DNA of 54,092 nt from a virus (Duplodnaviria > Caudoviricetes), in IMG/VR virus record IMGVR_UViG_3300047557_001894, positions 1 to 54,092 of that record. One strand, 5' to 3'. How positions within the stretch are numbered: position 1 is the stretch's first letter; each line of letters begins with the position of its first letter. The translations under genes were made by a program, and so were the position numbers. This document shows, one piece after another, positions 8,080 to 15,639 of the stretch. The notes beneath the pieces are model-generated. The model had not been told where the DNA came from and searched no databases. It saw nothing but the letters and a program-made list of their open reading frames with translations.

Positions 8080-8753
8080 TGATCGACCCGCCGAATGAGT
8101 GGATCGAACTGCTTGGGGACGGCGACAGTAGATGCGGCGTCCTCAGCAGCGCCAGTAAATCCGGCGTCCTCAGCAGCGACTACGCGCTCCTCACGGAGTC
8201 GGGCCTCGATCCTTTCAAGATGGCTGGGATCGAGCTGCTTCGCGCAGCCAAACGAACTGAGCGCGCGTACGCGGTGGAGTACGCGCGCTTCGCGTCCGCG
8301 ATCTTCACAAGGTTGACGGGAGTGTGGCGGTGGCGGTTCGACAACTGCGCCTACGCTGGCGCCGATCGAGGTGACATACCGGGCATCCACGGAGCGCTCT
8401 ACGTCCCTCCGTTCGCAGCGGTCTGGTACCTGCGCGGCAGCGGACAGGCGTATTGGGGTCAGTGCTACATCGAGGGCAACATCAGCTCGGTGGACAAAGA
8501 TGGGTGCGACCTGATGATGGGCGCGTCCGAGGCAGTCCGCGTGCAGATGGCCAGCGCTATCAGCGATAAAGAGCCTTGGCCCACGGGAGCTTTGCCACTC
8601 GTCGGCCCAGGCTCAGTGTGTGCGGAGCTGAGCAGTATCGCGGACGTAGATCAGCCCGCTAATCTCGATCCGGCGACCCTGATCGAGTGGACTGTTCGCG
8701 TCGTCGACAAGCTGCACACCAGGGCGAGCATCGTCGCCGCCGTCACCGAGTGA
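8076..8753 (+). CDS. W-x10-R array member 1
   Basis: ATGA coupling; C-terminus WTVRVVDKLHTRASI. Confidence 0.75.
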   Translation: MMIDPPNEWIELLGDGDSRCGVLSSASKSGVLSSDYALLTESGLDPFKMAGIELLRAAKRTERAYAVEYARFASAIFTRLTGVWRWRFDNCAYAGADRGDIPGIHGALYVPPFAAVWYLRGSGQAYWGQCYIEGNISSVDKDGCDLMMGASEAVRVQMASAISDKEPWPTGALPLVGPGSVCAELSSIADVDQPANLDPATLIEWTVRVVDKLHTRASIVAAVTE

Positions 8754-9187
8754 CCGTGGCGAAGCGAAACCGCACCCCGGAGTGGTGGTCCGCGCCGCGG
8801 GATGGGCTCGACTTCATCACGGCAGCGTGTTGGACCGACGCCTATCAAGAGCTCCGATCGCCTTACCGCAACGGCGATGAGGCGATTCGGGTGCTTGCGA
8901 CGGCGAAGTTTACTATCCGCCTCAACCCCGGTATTCACTTGTACGCGGGCCTCAATCGAGATTTTCCAATCTCGCTCAATTTGGAGTTCGACGAGCACGG
9001 CGAGCGCGAATACGTCGTCCGCGTTGGGTCGTTCTCCAGTCAGCTACGGGGGCTCATCTTCGCGATTGGGGGATCAGGATTCCCCATCCCAAACAACCGA
9101 GCGCACCCACGCACGAAGAGAGCGTGGGTGCAGCAATGCCTTGAGTCCTTCGTCGTGCGCAAAGCCATCCGAGAGGTCACCGAATGA
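8750..9187 (+). CDS. W-x10-R array member 2
   Basis: GTGA coupling; C-terminus WVQQCLESFVVRKAI. Confidence 0.75.
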   Translation: MTVAKRNRTPEWWSAPRDGLDFITAACWTDAYQELRSPYRNGDEAIRVLATAKFTIRLNPGIHLYAGLNRDFPISLNLEFDEHGEREYVVRVGSFSSQLRGLIFAIGGSGFPIPNNRAHPRTKRAWVQQCLESFVVRKAIREVTE

Positions 9188-9615
9188 ACCGCAACGCCAA
9201 AGCCATGATCCGTCACATCCTCAAAACCACCGCGCGGAACGCCGAAGACACTTCGCAGTATCGAGAGCAGTCCATCACCCGTGTCTTGTGCAAGGGCGGC
9301 GAGATTAGGCTGCCCGGTGGGGATGACGCGACGTTCTTCAACACGCTGCCCTGTGGGCACCCGGATCAGAAGGACAAGGCCAAGCTCGACTTCTGGAAGG
9401 ACTCGGGGATGGTCGTTTACAACGGCTGTCAGCCGGATTCCTGCTGCCACAAGCTGATGCGGGTGACGGACTGCGAGAAGGCGCGCGCGTTCGTCTCGGG
9501 GCTCACCGGGATCGACATGCCCCCCATCAACGCCAACCCCCGGCGGCAGCTCCAGTGGGTGAAAGGGTTGCAGGAAAACCACGCAGTACGTTGCGTAGCG
9601 AAAGACCGTGGGTAG
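9184..9615 (+). CDS. W-x10-R array member 3
   Basis: ATGA coupling; C-terminus WVKGLQENHAVRCVA. Confidence 0.75.
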   Translation: MNRNAKAMIRHILKTTARNAEDTSQYREQSITRVLCKGGEIRLPGGDDATFFNTLPCGHPDQKDKAKLDFWKDSGMVVYNGCQPDSCCHKLMRVTDCEKARAFVSGLTGIDMPPINANPRRQLQWVKGLQENHAVRCVAKDRG

Positions 9616-10069
9616 TCGCGGACGTGGGCCGCGGCCCTGGACTCCCGTTTGGCACGCTGGCTTGAGCGCTCGGGCGATTGAGATGGTCAGCATCCGATCG
9701 AGAGACCTCATGCAGAACGCGAAGCGCCGAATCTCCGGCGTCCCTCTCGGGAGAATCACCACCTACTCGGTAGAGTCCGTGAGCATCGCCCTCATGGGGT
9801 ATCCGACATCGCGAGGGGCGGTGCAGAACGGGCTGATGTGCTTGGGGCGGCGCATCGATTCCCCGATCACCGCGCTCCTATGCACGGACATGGAGGCGAT
9901 GCTCGACGGCATTGCTAACGCGACGGGCATGCCGCGATTCGTCTTCCCCGTCGGGCAGCGGCCCGGTGTGAACTTGCATCGGTGGTTGGTGCGCGCGGAG
10001 GCAGAAGCCTGTCGCAGGCTCATGCTGCGTCGAGTTCTGGCTGCGCAGCCAACCGACTTCCCCTGGTGA
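9608..10069 (+). CDS. W-x10-R array member 4
   Basis: Overlapping GTG start; C-terminus WLVRAEAEACRRLML. Confidence 0.7.
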   Translation: MGSRGRGPRPWTPVWHAGLSARAIEMVSIRSRDLMQNAKRRISGVPLGRITTYSVESVSIALMGYPTSRGAVQNGLMCLGRRIDSPITALLCTDMEAMLDGIANATGMPRFVFPVGQRPGVNLHRWLVRAEAEACRRLMLRRVLAAQPTDFPW

Positions 10070-10073
10070 CGAG

Positions 10074-10448
10074 ATGACGCTCATCGACAAGTACGCGCTC
10101 CGGCAAGGTGCGCAGGTGAACACAGAGCTCTTGCACAAGGTTGTGCGGTACCTCGTGACGGGTGCTCCCGTGGGCAACGAGTACATGCTGAGCTTGTTCT
10201 CCATCTCGCACGACAAACAGGTTCCTGGCCTAGCTCGCGGGGCGGGGTGGGCCTGGCTGCCGGATCACAACGCCTTCTTTCGGTGGCTCTCCGAAGAGTA
10301 CGACCTGCCGAACCCTCCGCAGGGAGCCCGCGCCGCGATTCGCGTGGCGGACGCAGTGGCTTGGATGGAGAAGGTCACCGAAGCGGCAGCGACACGCAGG
10401 GCCATCGTAGCGATGGCACCGGAGGACGAAGCAGATGCCGTACGATGA
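10074..10448 (+). CDS. W-x10-R array member 5
   Basis: C-terminus WMEKVTEAAATRRAI. Confidence 0.75.
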   Translation: MTLIDKYALRQGAQVNTELLHKVVRYLVTGAPVGNEYMLSLFSISHDKQVPGLARGAGWAWLPDHNAFFRWLSEEYDLPNPPQGARAAIRVADAVAWMEKVTEAAATRRAIVAMAPEDEADAVR

Positions 10449-10881
10449 ATCGCAGACTCCTCTGCGGCTGATCCCATACGTGGAGACTAATGGCATGCCC
10501 CTACTGTGGAATGCTTGCGCGTCGGTGCGCGTGATCGGCGTACGGATGCAGGCGCACTACTCACTCAACCTGACCTGCTTCGACGTGGGGTGGAACAGGA
10601 AGCCCCGTATTGACGACGAGGAATACGTGGCGTCGCTCGGGCTGACGGTCGATGACAGCCACAGCGTGCCCGCGAGCAGCTTGGCGAAGTTCGCACCCGA
10701 AGCAGCGCGCGTGCTCGGAATCGAGTGGTGCGTCCCTGAGTGGAATCCCGAGTGGACTAAGTGGTCCGACGAGATGCAGTCCTGGTTCCTCGCTTACTTC
10801 GAGGCTAGGAACACGAACCTCGCTCTGATGGGGTTCGAGATCGAGCCAGACAGCTCTTCGTACGGCGGTCCTGGGCTATGA
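10435..10881 (+). CDS. W-x10-R array member 6 (R replaced by N)
   Basis: GGAGG RBS; C-terminus WFLAYFEARNTNLALMG. Confidence 0.75.
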   Translation: MPYDESQTPLRLIPYVETNGMPLLWNACASVRVIGVRMQAHYSLNLTCFDVGWNRKPRIDDEEYVASLGLTVDDSHSVPASSLAKFAPEAARVLGIEWCVPEWNPEWTKWSDEMQSWFLAYFEARNTNLALMGFEIEPDSSSYGGPGL

Positions 10882-11258
10882 AACCGAAGGATGAGCCTAA
10901 CTACGAGAAGCTGCTCCCGATGCCCTTCAGCTCCTTCTCATACTACACCCGCGAGTGGGACATCGAGTTCGGGGTGAAGTGCGTTCTCAGCGAACGCGCT
11001 CCAGCGCCGTCGTGGATGCACTGCATCGACAAGTCGCGCAGGAGCGTTCTCTACTATCGAGACGGCCGAGACCGCGTGGACTTCGCCAACGCTTGTGCGC
11101 GAGCACACGGTCTCGATATCCCGCTGCTCACCGAGGAAGACCTAGCGCCCTGCAACAGGCAGGTCTTCCTAGAGTGGATGGGCAGCTACTTCGATCAGGT
11201 GCGGGCTCGATACGTCATCATGGGTGCAGACACGTCCACCACGAACGGAGACGAGTGA
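10878..11258 (+). CDS. W-x10-R array member 7
   Basis: ATGA coupling; C-terminus WMGSYFDQVRARYVIMG. Confidence 0.78.
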   Translation: MKPKDEPNYEKLLPMPFSSFSYYTREWDIEFGVKCVLSERAPAPSWMHCIDKSRRSVLYYRDGRDRVDFANACARAHGLDIPLLTEEDLAPCNRQVFLEWMGSYFDQVRARYVIMGADTSTTNGDE

Positions 11259-11620
11259 TGCTCGTGCTACCGCTGCCTGCCGCCGACTACACGGCGTTCC
11301 CGCTGAGCACTGACCTGTCCTTCGCTATGAAGGCTTTGGGCAGGCACGCACGCATCCCGTTGGGATTGTTTCACTGCGTGCCCAATATTGCGATCCGCGT
11401 AACCTCGCGCGAAGATCAGGCAGCGGCACTCATGCAGTGCGCAAACGCGCACGGCGTAGTGTGCGAAGCCTTGGAGAGCGCCTGGCTGCCGCCGTTCCGC
11501 CTAAACGATCCGCACCCCTCGGTTGCGGAAGCGACGAAGCTGGAGCAGTGGCTCGTCAACTACTTCACGCAAGTACAAGTACGGTACGTGGTGCGGGGGG
11601 CGACAGACGACGCGCGTTGA
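11258..11620 (+). CDS. W-x10-R array member 8
   Basis: TGATG coupling; C-terminus WLVNYFTQVQVRYVVRG. Confidence 0.78.
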   Translation: MLVLPLPAADYTAFPLSTDLSFAMKALGRHARIPLGLFHCVPNIAIRVTSREDQAAALMQCANAHGVVCEALESAWLPPFRLNDPHPSVAEATKLEQWLVNYFTQVQVRYVVRGATDDAR

Positions 11621-11645
11621 CGTGTTGGGGGGTGCGTGGTACGAA
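11617..11645 (+). promoter_or_regulatory. Putative sigma70-type promoter for the phage sigma gene
   Basis: TTGACG (11617-22), 17-nt spacer, TG extended -10, TACGAA (11640-45); the final T of the -10 is missing. Confidence 0.4.
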
Positions 11646-11672
11646 AGGAAAGACTGCGAAAGAGGTAGGCCA

Positions 11673-12242
11673 GTGCGACAGAATGACAGGGAAAACTACG
11701 ATCCGGCTGAGCTAAAACAGATGGTAACGATCGCTGGTCAGGCCAGCAAAAAGGTCGTCTCGATGGTGCCCTGGCTGTGCAGCGACGATCTCGCTCAGGC
11801 AGCCATCCTGGCGATGTGGCTGGCGCAGGATGACTTCGACGGACGTGGTTCGTGGCAGGGGTTCATGCTCCGCGTCGCGATCCGTGCGTGCGCCCGAGAG
11901 GCTCGCCATCGCATGTCTCCGGTGTCGGGAGACGTTTCGCGAGTAGCGCCTCTCAAGGGTTTGCGCGGGGTGGAGTACGAAGACCACGGCTCGACCGAGC
12001 CCGCGCAGCACGAGCAAGTCTCGAAGACCCGCCTGTCGCGTGCGGTGCGGGGGCGTGTCGTTGGGTTGCTGTCCGACAGCGACGCGGTGTTCATCCTCGC
12101 ATACCAAGGGCACGAGCTCTCGACCGAGGACGCTGCCGAAGCGTTCGGCATGACGCAGGACGCGGTGAAGGCGCGCAGCTACCGGACGCGCAAGCGTCTG
12201 CGCGAAGACCCGGTTTTGAGGGCGCTGTGGACTCACAGCTAG
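11673..12242 (+). CDS. ECF-type sigma-70 family RNA polymerase sigma factor
   Basis: Region 2 DDLAQAAILAMW...FDGRGSWQGFMLRVA; region 4 LSTEDAAEAFGMTQDAVKARSYRTRKRLR; AGAGGT RBS before GTG 11673. Confidence 0.88.
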   Translation: MRQNDRENYDPAELKQMVTIAGQASKKVVSMVPWLCSDDLAQAAILAMWLAQDDFDGRGSWQGFMLRVAIRACAREARHRMSPVSGDVSRVAPLKGLRGVEYEDHGSTEPAQHEQVSKTRLSRAVRGRVVGLLSDSDAVFILAYQGHELSTEDAAEAFGMTQDAVKARSYRTRKRLREDPVLRALWTHS

Positions 12243-12286
12243 ACCCATTGGAGTTCGAGTCCTCGCTCCGTGATGGGAGCAGCCCC

Positions 12287-12718
12287 ATGTCCTACTTCGG
12301 CGCGTACTGCCCAGCCACCGCGACTCTCTCCAACGCGACGGTGGATCACGTAGAGCGAATCGTAGCGAGAATGTTCGACGGCCAGGACATCTTCATCCTC
12401 ACCGCGTGGCCGGTGTTCGAGCTCCAGCATCCCAGGTTCGAGCCTGGGACTGCCACCGAAGTGATGCGCGAGCGCTACGGGGTGAATCTCACGGTCGTGG
12501 GGTACGGATGGGCCGACTATCGCGGCGATGCGGGTACGGTCCGCTTCGACATCGACGCCATCCGTAAGATGGTCGACCGCTCTCGCGAAGAAAACCCGTG
12601 GTTTCATTACCGGCCTACGCCGAAGCGCCTCACCAAGAGGTTTGTCACGGCGTATTGCTGGGCTCTTTATGAGGCTGCGCGCATTCGGCGTGCCCTGATG
12701 GGGGTGTCCGATGAGTAG
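12287..12718 (+). CDS. W-x10-R array member 9 (W replaced by Y)
   Basis: GGGAG RBS; C-terminus YCWALYEAARIRRALMG. Confidence 0.72.
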   Translation: MSYFGAYCPATATLSNATVDHVERIVARMFDGQDIFILTAWPVFELQHPRFEPGTATEVMRERYGVNLTVVGYGWADYRGDAGTVRFDIDAIRKMVDRSREENPWFHYRPTPKRLTKRFVTAYCWALYEAARIRRALMGVSDE

Positions 12719-12965
12719 CTCGGAGGATCAAGCCTTCGAGGCAGCGACCGGAGACTTCATCGACGCGATCCGAGCAGAGATGACGGCCCAAGGGCTCACG
12801 TACACCGAGGTCGCGAAGCGCATGGGGACCGACCGGAGCATGGTGTCTCGCACCTTGGACAAGGACGCTGGCAGCAAGCAGGGCCCTACGCTCTTGACCT
12901 TGGTGAAGATGGCTCAGGCGGTCGGTGCGAAGCTGCGCGTCTCCGTGGTACGGGAGCACACATGA
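12711..12965 (+). CDS. XRE-family HTH transcriptional regulator
   Basis: GLTYTEVAKRMGTDRSMVSR...PTLLTLVKMAQAVG. Confidence 0.88.
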   Translation: MSSSEDQAFEAATGDFIDAIRAEMTAQGLTYTEVAKRMGTDRSMVSRTLDKDAGSKQGPTLLTLVKMAQAVGAKLRVSVVREHT

Positions 12966-13612
12966 AGATTCGCTACGAAGTCGTGCCCTGCGCGAAGATT
13001 CGCAGGCAGAGCCGCAACCCGAACCAGATGACCGCGGAGGAGTTCGCGCTCCTGCGGGCCTCGTTCAAGCAGTTCGGCTTCCTCGACCCGCTGCTGGTGT
13101 TCGAGCGGCCCGATGGGGAGTTCGAGCTGCTCGACGGGCATCACCGTTTGGACGCAGCAATCGCGGAGGGGTTTACGGAGCTTCCCTGCGTCATCACCGA
13201 CAAGCGGTCGAAGGATGCGGTGGACGCGATCCAGCTCGCGATGAACCGTAACCGGGGCCGCGTGCGCCTGGACATCGCGGAGCAGATTCTCCGAGAGCTG
13301 CGCGAGGAGGGCTGGGGCATCGAAGAGATGGCCGCCACCGGGTTCTCGGAGGCTGAGATCAACGACATGCTGCTGGAGGCCGACAAAGAGGCCGACAAGG
13401 CGGCGAAGTCCAAGCCCAAGAGCATCGGCGACGTGCTCGGGGAATCGGGCGCGGATAGGCCGTGGACCTTGGAGCTCAAGTTCACCACGCAAGCCGAGCT
13501 CACCGAGGTCAAGCGCGCGCTCAAGAAGGCGTCGGGCGGGGCCAAGGACGAGTCGCTGGGAGTGCTGCACCTGCTCAGGATGCAGAAGGAGGAAGAGGAA
13601 GATGCCGTTTAG
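12962..13612 (+). CDS. ParB/Srx N-terminal domain protein
   Basis: NPNQM...LRASFKQFGFLDPLLV...LLDGHHR. Confidence 0.85.
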   Translation: MKIRYEVVPCAKIRRQSRNPNQMTAEEFALLRASFKQFGFLDPLLVFERPDGEFELLDGHHRLDAAIAEGFTELPCVITDKRSKDAVDAIQLAMNRNRGRVRLDIAEQILRELREEGWGIEEMAATGFSEAEINDMLLEADKEADKAAKSKPKSIGDVLGESGADRPWTLELKFTTQAELTEVKRALKKASGGAKDESLGVLHLLRMQKEEEEDAV

Positions 13613-13925
13613 TCAAAAGCCCCCTGCGAACCCCAAGAAGGTTCGCAAGCACCTGGACGAGCTCGAAGTCCGCATGGCTAAGGAGGGCTTCGTCAACCCG
13701 TCGCGGGTCGCCGAGATTATGACCCTCGGCAAGCCCACCGTGTATCGGTGGATGCAGCAGGGCCACGTCGCGAAGATGGAGTGCCGCCAGCGAGTCTTCA
13801 TGGACTTGAAGACCCTGCGCACCTTCCTGCGAGACCCGCTGATGAGCGACCGTATCGAGAAGTTCGCTGCGGACCTGATCGCGGAGCACGAAGCGGAGGG
13901 CTCCGATGAGCCCTCCATGGAGTAG
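13602..13925 (+). CDS. Excisionase/MerR-like HTH DNA-binding protein
   Basis: FVNPSRVAEIMTLGKPTVYRWMQQG. Confidence 0.7.
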   Translation: MPFSQKPPANPKKVRKHLDELEVRMAKEGFVNPSRVAEIMTLGKPTVYRWMQQGHVAKMECRQRVFMDLKTLRTFLRDPLMSDRIEKFAADLIAEHEAEGSDEPSME

Positions 13926-13927
13926 CC

Positions 13928-14164
13928 ATGGATCAAGTGAACATGCGGCTTGTGCTCACCCTCGTGTTCGTGGGGTGGCCCGGCTTCTCGATCCTGTCTT
14001 CGCTCGCCAAGTCCCGGTACGACGGGCTCAGCGAAGGCGCACGACTGACCTTCTGGGGCGGGCTCTGGTATCGCACCAGGCAAGTGTGCAGCCTGCTCTC
14101 TTGGGGGTGCTTCGCCGCCCTGGTGCTCAGGGTGGTGTGGCTCGTGGCCCGGTGGTTCGCATGA
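13928..14164 (+). CDS. Small membrane protein
   Basis: GGAG RBS; two hydrophobic segments; ATGA coupling downstream. Confidence 0.6.
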   Translation: MDQVNMRLVLTLVFVGWPGFSILSSLAKSRYDGLSEGARLTFWGGLWYRTRQVCSLLSWGCFAALVLRVVWLVARWFA

Positions 14165-14775
14165 GTCGAGTACAGAAGGGCGAGCGCGTCGCCATCCAAG
14201 AGTTCCATCCGACCGACCGAAGGATCAGCGCGATTCACACAGGTGTCGTGAAGAAGGCTGGCGCCAACGGAGCTCAGGTGCAGTTCGATGATCGGGTGAA
14301 GTTCCCGAGAGAGGTGTGGGTGGTCGACTCACGGCTGCACTTCGTTGTTCGAGAGGGCGACACGGAGCACGCACCGATTCTCTCGAAGACACGCGCACCA
14401 CGCAGTTTTGCGTCGAGCATTGCCAAGCAACAGATCGAACCGAAGACAGAGGAACCGATGGCGAACAAGCCGAGCGCGATGAACGGGGATGCCTTGGACC
14501 GCTTGATGAACTCGGGGATCGACCCGCTCAAGCTCTGGGAAGACCTGGGCACGAGGATCGCGGGGTCGATGACGCAAGAGCTGGCGTCGGCGAAAGCCGA
14601 TGTCGCCAAGGCTACAGAAGAGAAAGTCATCGCAGACAAGCTCGTGAACGACGCCGTGGTCTCTCTCCGCAACGCGGAGACCATGGCAACCGCTGCGCGG
14701 CAGCAGCTCTACGACGCAGAGAACCGACTCGCTGACGTGGAGACGAAGATGGATCGCTTGCGAGCCGTAAGGTGA
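14161..14775 (+). CDS. Hypothetical protein (SH3-like N-terminus, coiled-coil C-terminus)
   Basis: KGERVAI...GVV...AQVQFD...WV beta pattern; heptad-rich C-terminus. Confidence 0.65.
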   Translation: MSRVQKGERVAIQEFHPTDRRISAIHTGVVKKAGANGAQVQFDDRVKFPREVWVVDSRLHFVVREGDTEHAPILSKTRAPRSFASSIAKQQIEPKTEEPMANKPSAMNGDALDRLMNSGIDPLKLWEDLGTRIAGSMTQELASAKADVAKATEEKVIADKLVNDAVVSLRNAETMATAARQQLYDAENRLADVETKMDRLRAVR

Positions 14776-15407
14776 CGTTCGACGAGCTGCCTGCCGATCA
14801 ACAGGAGCTAGTCAGCCGCTACCTTGCGGCCTGGCTGACGTACATCGACCCCGCAGTACCCATGAACCACGAGTCGGGAGTCAGGGCTGCTCAAGTCTTC
14901 GCACAGATGAGCGAGCAAGCGCAGCTCGTTGCGCGGAAGATCAAGTGGGAACGTCGAGCGATCCTCACACTCGCGAAGGGGGTCGATAGCCTGACGTACG
15001 AAGAGCTGCTGCCGGAGGAGCAGGACCGGCTAGACAGAGCGCTGAGTCTCGCGACCGAATATCACGCAGACGTGGGAGACCTCAGCAGCGTCTCTGCTGA
15101 GTGGCACGCCTGCTGGAGGCTAATGTCGGAAGAGGAGCGCACGATATACAGCCACCTGTGGCGAGCGCGGCTAATCGCTCAGGGGGGTGACATGACGTAC
15201 GAAGAGCTGCCCGACGATCGCAAGCAGATCGTCGACGAGTTCGTGGCCGAGCTCTGGGTCTACTGGAGCCTGCCGTTCGGTGATCCGAGAGAGCGGCTCG
15301 CATTTCGACGATGGGTCGCCGCTCACAGCCTGATGACCGAAGAAGAGCGTACGATCGGAGCGCACATACTCCAGACGCGCAGGGCCGCGCGCGATCCGTT
15401 GGAATGA
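14772..15407 (+). CDS. Protein with three tandem ~65-70 aa helical repeats (T[FY][DE]EL)
   Basis: TFDELP, TYEELL and TYEELP units, each followed by M[ST]E...R. Confidence 0.8.
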   Translation: MTFDELPADQQELVSRYLAAWLTYIDPAVPMNHESGVRAAQVFAQMSEQAQLVARKIKWERRAILTLAKGVDSLTYEELLPEEQDRLDRALSLATEYHADVGDLSSVSAEWHACWRLMSEEERTIYSHLWRARLIAQGGDMTYEELPDDRKQIVDEFVAELWVYWSLPFGDPRERLAFRRWVAAHSLMTEEERTIGAHILQTRRAARDPLE

Positions 15408-15628
15408 TGTTGACCTACGATGACCTGAGCGATGACGAGAAGGCTCAGGTAGACGACATCCTCGCTCGCAGGCAGGTGTGGGTGGGGATGCCGAGAGACA
15501 ACATCATACTGGCGGAGTACAGAAGGGACGCCTTCTGGAAGTGGATGGGCTTCAAGCAGAAGTCCCCTCCGCGCGTGCGTGAGGTGGTGAACGGCGTACT
15601 CGCTGTGAAGCGTTTGGCCGACGAGTAG
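15404..15628 (+). CDS. Single-unit paralog of the preceding repeat protein
   Basis: ATGA coupling; LTYDDLSDDEKAQVDD. Confidence 0.7.
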   Translation: MMLTYDDLSDDEKAQVDDILARRQVWVGMPRDNIILAEYRRDAFWKWMGFKQKSPPRVREVVNGVLAVKRLADE

Positions 15629-15639
15629 TCTACCCCCTC

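Noticed and set aside
12244-12278. GGAGTTCGAGTCCTC as a tRNA T arm
   Set aside because: The T stem does not pair properly and there is no acceptor stem. It is an imperfect hairpin (CCCAT/ATGGG) between genes.
8076-12718. Diversity-generating retroelement or shufflon behind the array
   Set aside because: No reverse transcriptase or recombinase, and no nucleotide-level repeats seen between members. The similarity is at protein level only.
12711-13925. Lysogeny switch (repressor/excisionase)
   Set aside because: The HTH genes are co-directional within an operon, with no divergent promoter pair or integrase in this window, so lifestyle cannot be called.
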